Shown piece after piece: positions 1 to 6,681 of a stretch of DNA of 40,353 bases (the first letter of the stretch is position 1; every line of letters begins with the position of its first letter). Where the stretch lies: the IMG/VR virus record IMGVR_UViG_3300049914_000047, positions 1-40,353 of that record, one strand, 5' to 3'. A program made the position numbers and the translations under genes. This DNA is from a virus. Taxonomy: Duplodnaviria > Caudoviricetes. A model generated the notes under the pieces. It was not told where the DNA came from. It made no database searches and saw nothing but the letters and a program-made list of their open reading frames with translations.

Positions 1-126
1 AAATACTCGGGAGAATACTGGAACGGGCATAGAGAGTGGACATTGATAGCCGCAGATGGACAAGTATATGCGACAGGTAGCGTAACATTACAGTTACCCG
101 ACACCATAAGGGCAACGTCCAACTAA
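1..126 (+). CDS. 3' end of a hypothetical cassette protein (partial)
   Basis: Frame 1 is open (KYSGEYWNG...TSN*) and stops on the TAA of AACTAAC, like the other cassette genes. Confidence 0.6.
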   Translation, partial: KYSGEYWNGHREWTLIAADGQVYATGSVTLQLPDTIRATSN

Positions 127-327
127 CGATTTGTTGCTAAGCTGACTTGCCATAACAAAAGGAGATAGATATGGATTTTAATAAAGAGTTGTTTGATGAA
201 TTTGTGAAAGAGTTTGTAGATAACGACGCAGGTGTAATTAGAAACCAATACCCTGATGGGATTTTTAATTGGTTTAGAAATAAACAAAACTTGGGCGGGC
301 AAGTTCAGCTTGAGCAACGTGTTAGCC
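121..327 (-). repeat. attC-like site 1 (207 bp)
   Basis: AACTAAC-GATTT-GTTGCTAAGCTGACTTGCC ... GGCAAG[T]TCAGCTT[G]AGCAAC-GT-GTTAGCC. Confidence 0.85.
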
Positions 328-482
328 AGCAACTTGCATCTGTGATTACACACTTACGGGATAGTTTTGAAAAAGCCCAAAAGTTATTAGACGACAAAGA
401 AATAGGAATGCAATTGGCTTGCACCGAATTATTCATAGCAAATTCAGAGGCAAGAGAGATGTTAAGCAAGTTGTCGGGCTAA
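171..482 (+). CDS. Hypothetical cassette protein, starts in attC1 loop
   Basis: AGGAG SD before the ATG; stop lies within GGCTAAC. Confidence 0.75.
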   Translation: MDFNKELFDEFVKEFVDNDAGVIRNQYPDGIFNWFRNKQNLGGQVQLEQRVSQQLASVITHLRDSFEKAQKLLDDKEIGMQLACTELFIANSEAREMLSKLSG

Positions 483-606
483 CGGATGGCAACTAAGCTG
501 CCATACACAAAATTTGAATAAGGAATAATACCGATGCTAATAGACATATCAAAGATACGGAAATTTGTAGTATGCTCATTTGGTCAGGTTGAGTTGCTTG
601 TTAGGC
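477..606 (-). repeat. attC-like site 2 (130 bp)
   Basis: GGCTAAC-GGATG-GCAACTAAGCTGCCA ... TGG[T]CAGGTT[G]AGTTGC-TT-GTTAGGC. Confidence 0.85.
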
Positions 607-779
607 GGCAAAAATTATTCTTCAACCTATACCGAAAATACAGATGCCTTCGAGCGCCGCAATTTATTATCAGAAAAGTGTTATGGAAAGTAACCGACCC
701 AAAAACATTGCTACAGACGGACGATTATCATATACGATTAGCAATAGCTGTCGAGTGTATGAAATTTTTGTCCGCCTAA
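534..779 (+). CDS. Hypothetical cassette protein, starts in attC2 loop
   Basis: AAGGA upstream; stop lies within GCCTAAC. Confidence 0.65.
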   Translation: MLIDISKIRKFVVCSFGQVELLVRRQKLFFNLYRKYRCLRAPQFIIRKVLWKVTDPKTLLQTDDYHIRLAIAVECMKFLSA

Positions 780-900
780 CGGTGGTGCTAAGTGGTGCAT
801 GTAGAAAGTTGAATAATGACAAATGCCGAATCTAAGAAAATACAACCAATACGGAATAACGAAGAAAGCTCTAAGCATCCACTTGAGCACTTGGTTAGGC
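774..900 (-). repeat. attC-like site 3 (127 bp)
   Basis: GCCTAAC-GGTG-GTGCTAAGTGGTGC ... GCA[T]CCACTT[G]AGCAC-TTG-GTTAGGC. Confidence 0.9.
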
Positions 901-1628
901 GGCACGGCAGTCTTTTTTCTGGTATTGGTGGCTTTGATCTTGCGGCACAATGGATAGGATGGGAAAATGTTTTTCAAGTTGAGATTGATGAATTTGCACA
1001 AAAGGTTTTAGAAAAGAATTTCCCTAATGCAAAACGATACCGAGACATACGAGAATTTGATGGAACACAATACCGAGGAAACATTGGAATTCTTTCCGGT
1101 GGATTTCCCTGTCAGCCATTTAGCATGGCAGGACAAAGGAAGGGTGAAAAGGATAACCGTTTCCTCTGGGGAGAAATGCTTAGAGTTATTAGAGAAACAC
1201 AGCCCCAATTTATTGTTGGCGAAAATGTTAATGGTATTACAAACTTGGACAATGGCAGAACACTTGAGAAGATACTACTTAGTTTGGAAGATGAGGGCTA
1301 TTTTTCGGAAATATTTCGTATTCCAGCTTGTGCCATTGGAGCTTGGCATAAAAGGGAACGAATATGGATATGTGCCCACGCCAAGAGCTTCAGATGGAGC
1401 ATTCAGAGGAAAGATGAAATTAGAGACACACAAGAAACCTTCACCAATAGGAGATATAAATTTGAATCACTGGATGGCGATCACATTGGACAGCTTAGTA
1501 ACTGCGGAACACTGCGAATTGATAATGGGATACCCAATAGGGTGGACAGAATTAAAGCATTAGGAAATGCAATTGTGCCGCAAGTGGTTTTTGAAATATT
1601 CAAAGCCATAGAAGCCGTGTCCGCCTAA
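816..1628 (+). CDS. dcm: DNA (cytosine-5)-methyltransferase
   Basis: Motifs I (LFSGIGG), IV (GGFPCQPFS), VI (ENV), VIII (HKRERIW) and X (RIKALGNAIV). Confidence 0.95.
   Translation: MTNAESKKIQPIRNNEESSKHPLEHLVRRHGSLFSGIGGFDLAAQWIGWENVFQVEIDEFAQKVLEKNFPNAKRYRDIREFDGTQYRGNIGILSGGFPCQPFSMAGQRKGEKDNRFLWGEMLRVIRETQPQFIVGENVNGITNLDNGRTLEKILLSLEDEGYFSEIFRIPACAIGAWHKRERIWICAHAKSFRWSIQRKDEIRDTQETFTNRRYKFESLDGDHIGQLSNCGTLRIDNGIPNRVDRIKALGNAIVPQVVFEIFKAIEAVSA
1027..1563 (+). CDS. Overlapping alternative-frame ORF, putative small (beta) subunit of the C5-MTase; true start uncertain
   Basis: Carries PTPRASD and a motif IX-like HCELIMGYPIGWT that the main frame lacks. Confidence 0.6.
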   Translation: MQNDTETYENLMEHNTEETLEFFPVDFPVSHLAWQDKGRVKRITVSSGEKCLELLEKHSPNLLLAKMLMVLQTWTMAEHLRRYYLVWKMRAIFRKYFVFQLVPLELGIKGNEYGYVPTPRASDGAFRGKMKLETHKKPSPIGDINLNHWMAITLDSLVTAEHCELIMGYPIGWTELKH

Positions 1629-1750
1629 CGGCAAGCATAAATTGCGCACGATGAAAAGCTGAATAATATTAAATGACGAATCCAAAAACACATAAACAAT
1701 ACGGCGTATTGCACTTGGCTGGTTGCGTCAATTTGATGCACTGGTTAGGC
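1623..1750 (-). repeat. attC-like site 4 (128 bp)
   Basis: GCCTAAC-GGCAA-GCATAAATTGCGCA ... TGCG[T]CAATTT[G]ATGC-ACTG-GTTAGGC. Confidence 0.9.
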
Positions 1751-1774
1751 AGTGCGCCACATCGGGAGAATTGA

Positions 1775-1960
1775 GTGGAATTTACATCAAGTATTCCTTT
1801 GTGCGAATTTTGTGGACAGTACCACCCGCACCAAACTTGCTGGAGAATAAAAGAAATTGAATACCACCAAAACGGAATGATAAAACGAGTGGTACTACAT
1901 GAACCAAAAACTTTAATTTTAACAGAAGAAACAAAGAAAGAGGGTGGCGCATCTGCCTAA
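1775..1960 (+). CDS. Small putative Zn-binding cassette protein
   Basis: CxxC..H....C motif; GGGAG upstream of the GTG; stop lies within GCCTAAC. Confidence 0.7.
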   Translation: MEFTSSIPLCEFCGQYHPHQTCWRIKEIEYHQNGMIKRVVLHEPKTLILTEETKKEGGASA

Positions 1961-2324
1961 CGGTAGCCCTAAGCTGCGGCAACGAAATGCTTGAATGATA
2001 TTATAATAAGGTTTGTTGTGTTTGCATCTAATTTTAATCGCCTTGTGGCGAGGAGAAATTATGGAAGAAACGAAATGCACCAATTGTGGAAAGATGTCGG
2101 TTTTGACATATAGTAATTGGAAACAAAGGAATAAGATTACCGATAAAATGGAAACTATAATAAAAAAGACAGAAAATTTGTGCCCAATGTGTTTTAAGAA
2201 AAGAACCGGAATGAACGGAATATTTTCAAAATAGCCACAAGGCGAAACATCAAATGCGCGAACACAACAAACACAACGAATAATGCACAATGCCCATCCC
2301 GTCAACTTGAGGGCATGGTTAGGC
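1955..2324 (-). repeat. attC-like site 5 (370 bp, gene inside loop)
   Basis: GCCTAAC-GGTA-GCCCTAAGCTGCGG ... CCG[T]CAACTT[G]AGGGC-ATG-GTTAGGC. Confidence 0.8.
2061..2234 (+). CDS. Small Zn-ribbon-like protein nested in attC5 loop
   Basis: AGGAG SD then ATG at 2061; CTNC...CPMC. Confidence 0.7.
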   Translation: MEETKCTNCGKMSVLTYSNWKQRNKITDKMETIIKKTENLCPMCFKKRTGMNGIFSK

Positions 2325-2352
2325 AGTGCGCCACTTTTAGAAAGGATGGTAT

Positions 2353-2541
2353 ATGCCCAAGATAAAGTTTGCTAAAAAAGATGTAGATAAAGGATATGGA
2401 ATCATTTTACATGCAGGGTGCGTGGTCTATACTGGACTTGACGACACATATATAATACCAGAGGAAAGTTTGGGAAAGTTGAGAATTGAAAAAATAGATT
2501 TTACAATATTGCCTATTAATCATGACGGCGCATCTGCCTAA
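2353..2541 (+). CDS. Hypothetical cassette protein
   Basis: AAAGGA SD; stop lies within GCCTAAC. Confidence 0.7.
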   Translation: MPKIKFAKKDVDKGYGIILHAGCVVYTGLDDTYIIPEESLGKLRIEKIDFTILPINHDGASA

Positions 2542-2664
2542 CGGTTGCGGCTAAGATGCGAATAACTAAACTTTAAATTTAACGAAAGGACGATGCAATG
2601 AAAAATACAAAGAAACGGATTAGCCACAAACGCTCAAATCGTCATCTTGAGCCGCTGGTTAGCC
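2536..2664 (-). repeat. attC-like site 6 (129 bp)
   Basis: GCCTAAC-GGTT-GCGGCTAAGATGCGA ... TCG[T]CATCTT[G]AGCCGC-TG-GTTAGCC. Confidence 0.9.
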
Positions 2665-2915
2665 AGCCGCCGCATAGCATTACATTGATGTTGACAAGCG
2701 AACAAGAGAAGCAATTAACACCTCTATTCAAATATGCAATGAAAAGTTACGATAAGGGACAATACGGAATAATATTAGCGCAACCCAAGCGACCCTCGAT
2801 TTTCGGGACACCACTTGAGCCGATGCTTGTATGCGCGTTTGTTGAAGAACCGTATGCCAGTAAAATGATAAAACTGAGCCGAAAAGCGGGAACACTTGTG
2901 CGGCGGTCTGGCTAA
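2598..2915 (+). CDS. Hypothetical cassette protein, starts in attC6 loop
   Basis: AAAGGA SD; stop lies within GGCTAAC. Confidence 0.7.
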   Translation: MKNTKKRISHKRSNRHLEPLVSQPPHSITLMLTSEQEKQLTPLFKYAMKSYDKGQYGIILAQPKRPSIFGTPLEPMLVCAFVEEPYASKMIKLSRKAGTLVRRSG

Positions 2916-3036
2916 CGGTGGGCGTAAGCTGTGCCGAACGATAACCAGAAGAACGTAATGACTCGATTCTATAAAAAATATAACAAACGGAATTTTGCAA
3001 TGAGCTATGGGCATCAGCTTGACGCCATGGTTGTAT
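2910..3036 (-). repeat. attC-like site 7 (127 bp)
   Basis: GGCTAAC-GGTG-GGCGTAAGCTGTGCC ... GGCA[T]CAGCTT[G]ACGCC-ATG-GTTGTAT. Confidence 0.85.
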
Positions 3037-3071
3037 TGCATTTAATCTATTCTTGAAAGGCGGTTGCACCA

Positions 3072-3464
3072 ATGGAAAACAAGTTTAAGGTGTGGGATAA
3101 AAAATTGAATGTGATGTGGCAGGAAATAGAACTGACAAAACTATTAAGCTATCTGATATTCCAGATTATGCCGAACGCGGACGCTTACCTTGCATTGAAA
3201 GACCACTTTACCGAAATGGTATGGCTAAGATGGGTCGGACTGAAAGACAAAACCGGAACAGAGATATACGAGGGCGACATACTTGATATAGGTAAGGCAA
3301 CACCGGCAACATTGGAATGGTGCGAGGGTGCGTATGAATTGCTCATAGAAGGAAAATTTGAATGTCGTTTATGTGTCCAAGACATTAAGGAAGTCAAAAT
3401 TATCGGTAACATATACGCCAACCCAGAGCTTTTGGTGCAACCGCCTGTATCAAATGTTAAATGA
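3072..3464 (+). CDS. YopX family protein
   Basis: KFKVWDK ... GLKDKTGTEIYEGDIL ... IIGNIYANPELL signature. Confidence 0.9.
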   Translation: MENKFKVWDKKLNVMWQEIELTKLLSYLIFQIMPNADAYLALKDHFTEMVWLRWVGLKDKTGTEIYEGDILDIGKATPATLEWCEGAYELLIEGKFECRLCVQDIKEVKIIGNIYANPELLVQPPVSNVK

Positions 3465-3466
3465 CA

Positions 3467-3485
3467 ATACAACTACTGATTAGAC
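3467..3485 (-). other. attI/attG-like simple recombination site closing the array
   Basis: The - strand reads GTCTAAT-CAGTA-GTTGTAT (inverse-core-like box, 5-nt spacer, core). No attC stem follows it. Confidence 0.5.
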
Positions 3486-3500
3486 TGCGGGAATAAATAT

Positions 3501-3866
3501 ATGCCTAAAATAAAACGTAATGAGCAGTTTGTCAAAATAGAGAAAAAGATATGCACTTATTTATTGGAACAGAAAAAATCACCGAGCAAAGAACCGATTC
3601 ACTTTGACGAATTTAAGGATTTAAAAGAATTAACACGACAATTGGCAACTGAAAAGGGAATGTCTTTGTCTGAATGGTTCAGATGGCTTAATTATCGTTA
3701 TTTATCGGTACACGGATATTTGCCAATTGAGATTGAAAAGAGAAAGATTGAATATTTAAGTGATGAAGATTTAGAGATTAATAAGACAACTATCATGTAT
3801 CATAATAAATCAAAGTCAAACACAAGTTGTCAACAGAAAGGAATAGAGAATGGTAATATATCTTAG
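3501..3866 (+). CDS. Hypothetical protein
   Basis: 121-aa ORF with no recognisable motif. Confidence 0.6.
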   Translation: MPKIKRNEQFVKIEKKICTYLLEQKKSPSKEPIHFDEFKDLKELTRQLATEKGMSLSEWFRWLNYRYLSVHGYLPIEIEKRKIEYLSDEDLEINKTTIMYHNKSKSNTSCQQKGIENGNIS

Positions 3867-4452
3867 CGGTAAATATTCAGGCGAGATTATAGAAAACATC
3901 GACGTAGCCCGTAGGATTGCTATTGAATTGTGGGAACAAGGATTTAGTGTCTTGACCCCACATCTCAATACATATCATTTTGAAACAGATTGTAAATGCA
4001 CCTATGAGCAGTACATACAGGGCGATCTTGAAATGCTGTCAAGATGTGACGTTATAGTTATGCTTCAGGGCTGGAATCAATCCAAAGGTGCGACCAAAGA
4101 GAGAGAGTTTGCGAAGTACTTAGGTATGCCAATATATTATTATCCAGAGATACCCACAAAGCGGGATATGATGTCCAGCGACCAAGAGGCACACTTAGCG
4201 CAAATCATTAACAAATTCATTCGTAGAGTGATAGCCAAATATTTGGCGGGGCAAAAGGAACATGGCGGGAATCTTTTCGACAAGCCGAACCTTCCAATGT
4301 TACTTGAAGAAGTCCTTGATCAGGTAGTGTACGGTTTCACACTTGAAGAACAAATTAAACGAGCAGTATCACTTATGTTTGAAGATGATGAAGCTATGAA
4401 TATTCTTATTGCTGGCAATCCACAAGGGAAGAAATTAAATGATAGAAATTAA
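3850..4452 (+). CDS. DUF4406/DUF1937-like (nucleoside deoxyribosyltransferase-like) domain fused to a C-terminal helical domain
   Basis: IYLSGKYSG ... DLEMLSRCDVIVMLQGWNQSKGATKEREFA. Confidence 0.75.
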   Translation: MVIYLSGKYSGEIIENIDVARRIAIELWEQGFSVLTPHLNTYHFETDCKCTYEQYIQGDLEMLSRCDVIVMLQGWNQSKGATKEREFAKYLGMPIYYYPEIPTKRDMMSSDQEAHLAQIINKFIRRVIAKYLAGQKEHGGNLFDKPNLPMLLEEVLDQVVYGFTLEEQIKRAVSLMFEDDEAMNILIAGNPQGKKLNDRN

Positions 4453-4624
4453 AATCAAGCGTAGAAAACATAGAAGAATTTTAGAATGTAAGCTGGCGTA
4501 TCCTCTATGGGATTTTTACAGGCAGTATTATGAAAAGCAGGGGTGTTGGCTGGTTACACAAAGACCAGAACTTGTAGGAATATTTTACAAACGCTATCAG
4601 ATGAAATTGAGAGTAAGAAAATAA
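4439..4624 (+). CDS. Hypothetical protein
   Basis: Overlaps the previous gene in an operon-like arrangement. Confidence 0.5.
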   Translation: MIEIKIKRRKHRRILECKLAYPLWDFYRQYYEKQGCWLVTQRPELVGIFYKRYQMKLRVRK

Positions 4625-4639
4625 TCAAAGGAGATAAAC

Positions 4640-4870
4640 GTGGATGAAGAAGAAAGAATCGGAACACCCGACTCCAAAACCCTACATAGCATATTGCAAG
4701 CATTGCGGGGCGTACAGGGGTCTGACATCAACTGGTGTGATTGTAGAACTTGCCAAATGCTCCGTATGTGGGAACGAGATACAGTTGAAAGACGCGCGGA
4801 AGTAGACCAAGAAACTCGTGAACGACAAGAAGAAATTGACAACCAAAAACAAATAATGGGAGACGACTAA
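4640..4870 (+). CDS. Hypothetical protein
   Basis: AAGGAG SD before GTG; CxCxxC motif. Confidence 0.6.
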   Translation: MDEEERIGTPDSKTLHSILQALRGVQGSDINWCDCRTCQMLRMWERDTVERRAEVDQETRERQEEIDNQKQIMGDD

Positions 4871-4945
4871 ATAGCAAATAAACAGGCTATACCCTTATTA
4901 TCGCGAGTAAATTATTAGGTTATATCCTAACTAAAAAGGTGAACT

Positions 4946-5047
4946 ATGACATGGTATGAATGGGTGGGTATAGTGCTTATTGTGAGTGTATATGTAATTG
5001 CTTTTGCATTGTTATTATTAGGGATAAATCATGATAGAAAACCATAA
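4946..5047 (+). CDS. Small single-TM peptide (33 aa)
   Basis: AAAGGTGA SD; MTWYEWVGIVLIVSVYVIAFALLLLG... Confidence 0.45.
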   Translation: MTWYEWVGIVLIVSVYVIAFALLLLGINHDRKP

Positions 5048-5894
5048 ATTCGAGCACCGTGTTAGACTACAACATAAACTGATAAATGACCATTTCCAAA
5101 ATTATAAACCTTATGCAATACCCAAAGCCCAATTAGTTATTGCAGACATACCCTATAATGTAGGTAAGAATGCCTACGGCTCTAATCCGAGTTGGTATGT
5201 GGACGGTGACAATAAAAACGGTGAGTCCGAGCTTGCGGGAACAGAATTTTTTGATACAGATAAGGATTTCAAAATATCAGAGTTCCTTCATTTCTGCTCA
5301 ACAATGTTAGTAAAAGAACCAAAGGAAACAGGAAAAGCCCCATGTATGATTGTGTTTTGCGAATTTGAGGCACAGTTTGAGCTGATAGGAAAAGCAAAAG
5401 CATACGGATTAAACAATTATATAAACCTCGTATTTAGAAAAAACTTTTCTGCGCAAGTTCTAAAAGCCAATATGCGAATAGTGGGGAATTGCGAGTATGG
5501 ACTTGTTCTCTTTCGTGGCAAGTTGCCAAAGTTCAACAATGGGGGGAAAATGGTTTTCAACTGCTTCGACGTTGAGCGGGATACCAAAACGCCGAAGATT
5601 CATCCTACTCAGAAAAGTGTTTCACTATTGGAAAGACTGATAAAACTATTCACAGACGAGGGGGAGGTTATTATCGATCCGGTAGCCGGAAGTGGCACTT
5701 CAATAATCGCCGCGATGAATTGTAACAGAAGTGCATACGGATTTGAGATTAAGAAAAACTTTTTTAACCCCGCAAACGCGTGGATAGAAGAGGAGAAATT
5801 GGCAAAAGAGGAAAGAAAGACTTTAGGCTGGGCAAAGACAAAAGCCAGCAAGGAACATCCAATATTTGATTTTAAAGTTACAGTCCCATCGTAG
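5031..5894 (+). CDS. DNA N6-adenine/N4-cytosine methyltransferase (beta-type order)
   Basis: Catalytic DIPY, then HPTQK, then SAM-binding DPVAGSG(T/S) and GFEI. Confidence 0.92.
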   Translation: MIENHKFEHRVRLQHKLINDHFQNYKPYAIPKAQLVIADIPYNVGKNAYGSNPSWYVDGDNKNGESELAGTEFFDTDKDFKISEFLHFCSTMLVKEPKETGKAPCMIVFCEFEAQFELIGKAKAYGLNNYINLVFRKNFSAQVLKANMRIVGNCEYGLVLFRGKLPKFNNGGKMVFNCFDVERDTKTPKIHPTQKSVSLLERLIKLFTDEGEVIIDPVAGSGTSIIAAMNCNRSAYGFEIKKNFFNPANAWIEEEKLAKEERKTLGWAKTKASKEHPIFDFKVTVPS

Positions 5895-5950
5895 AATATT
5901 TACGTGAAAGGGGAAAATAAAGACAGAGTCGAGACTGGTTATCTGCATTA

Positions 5951-5968
5951 AGCCGGATTGCTCCGGCT
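5951..5968. terminator. Hairpin between convergent genes
   Basis: AGCCGGA-TTGC-TCCGGCT; U-tail is weak. Confidence 0.4.
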
Positions 5969-5977
5969 CTCTCTGAG

Positions 5978-6280
5978 TTATGCTGCCTTTTTTGCTTTGC
6001 GTTTCTCCCAATGTGCCGATTGAGCTTTCACCGATTCCAATACCTGTGCATAAAATTTATTTGTAGGCTCAATTCGGATTCTGTCTTTCTCGAAATAATC
6101 CGTCATAGAATCAGAGTCATTATGCACGGTCAATTCTTCAACGTCGGGAAATCTGTCATAGTCTTTGCAATACACTGTGATTGTTCCTTCAGGGTGGTTT
6201 TTCAAAACTCCATCGGAAAAGTGTGCCCTATAAAGCTTACCATCGACTTTGATTCCGTTCCACATAAATTTAATATTCAT
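5978..6280 (-). CDS. Hypothetical phage protein
   Basis: 100-aa ORF with AAAGGG upstream. Confidence 0.75.
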   Translation of the reverse strand: MNIKFMWNGIKVDGKLYRAHFSDGVLKNHPEGTITVYCKDYDRFPDVEELTVHNDSDSMTDYFEKDRIRIEPTNKFYAQVLESVKAQSAHWEKRKAKKAA

Positions 6281-6300
6281 ATTCTTTGCCCTTTATAATA

Positions 6301-6492
6301 TTATTGATGATTAATTGATTTTGTTTGTTTGGCAGCTTTTTCCTCGGCCAACAATCTTTTAACTGCGACTTCGATAAAGTCTGTTCTTGAAAAGTATCTT
6401 GTTTCAGATTTGTTGATTGCTTTGTCGATGTCCGCAAGTGTTCCTTTGCGTTTGAAATTTACTAAGCAAGATTCGTATTCAGATTTAGACAT
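6301..6492 (-). CDS. Putative ribbon-helix-helix DNA-binding protein
   Basis: ATG at 6492 after AAAGGA; beta-strand then helices (...SRTDFIEVAVKRLLAEE). Confidence 0.55.
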   Translation of the reverse strand: MSKSEYESCLVNFKRKGTLADIDKAINKSETRYFSRTDFIEVAVKRLLAEEKAAKQTKSINHQ

Positions 6493-6667
6493 GTTCAGAT
6501 TCCTTTTCTGCTTTAACTCCGTCTTTCCATTCCTGCACTCTAATTTCAGCTTCGCAAAAATCACGCTGAGAATCGCCTGCGCGATGTTGAGCGTAGCGTT
6601 CTTTGTTGTTTGCGATAAGCTCGTTGAGTTCATTCTGAGCTTCTTCGAGTCTTTGTGTTGCGTTCAT
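6485..6667 (-). CDS. Hypothetical protein
   Basis: AAGGAG SD; overlaps the next gene. Confidence 0.65.
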   Translation of the reverse strand: MNATQRLEEAQNELNELIANNKERYAQHRAGDSQRDFCEAEIRVQEWKDGVKAEKESEHV

Positions 6668-6681
6668 CTTCGTATCTCCTT

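Larger units (their letters stand above)
121..3485 (-). mobile_element. Integron-like gene cassette array (7 attC-like sites plus a terminal attI-like site, no intI in window)
   Basis: Seven imperfect palindromes bounded by RYYTAAC-like and GTTRRRY-like boxes, each with unpaired T and G, separate small ORFs. The canonical attC top strand corresponds to the - strand. Confidence 0.85.

Noticed and set aside
121-3036. CRISPR array or REP/terminator interpretation of the repeats
   Set aside because: The units are not identical direct repeats, the spacers are gene-sized, there are no U-tails, and the bulge pattern fits attC.
3790-3833. Leftward Pc-like promoter facing the array
   Set aside because: TTGACA and TTGACT are present on the - strand, but there is no convincing -10 box at the right spacing, and the cassette genes are on the + strand.
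3501-3866. Integron integrase next to the attI-like site
   Set aside because: Only 121 aa, with no R-H-x-x-R-H-Y tyrosine recombinase residues recognisable.
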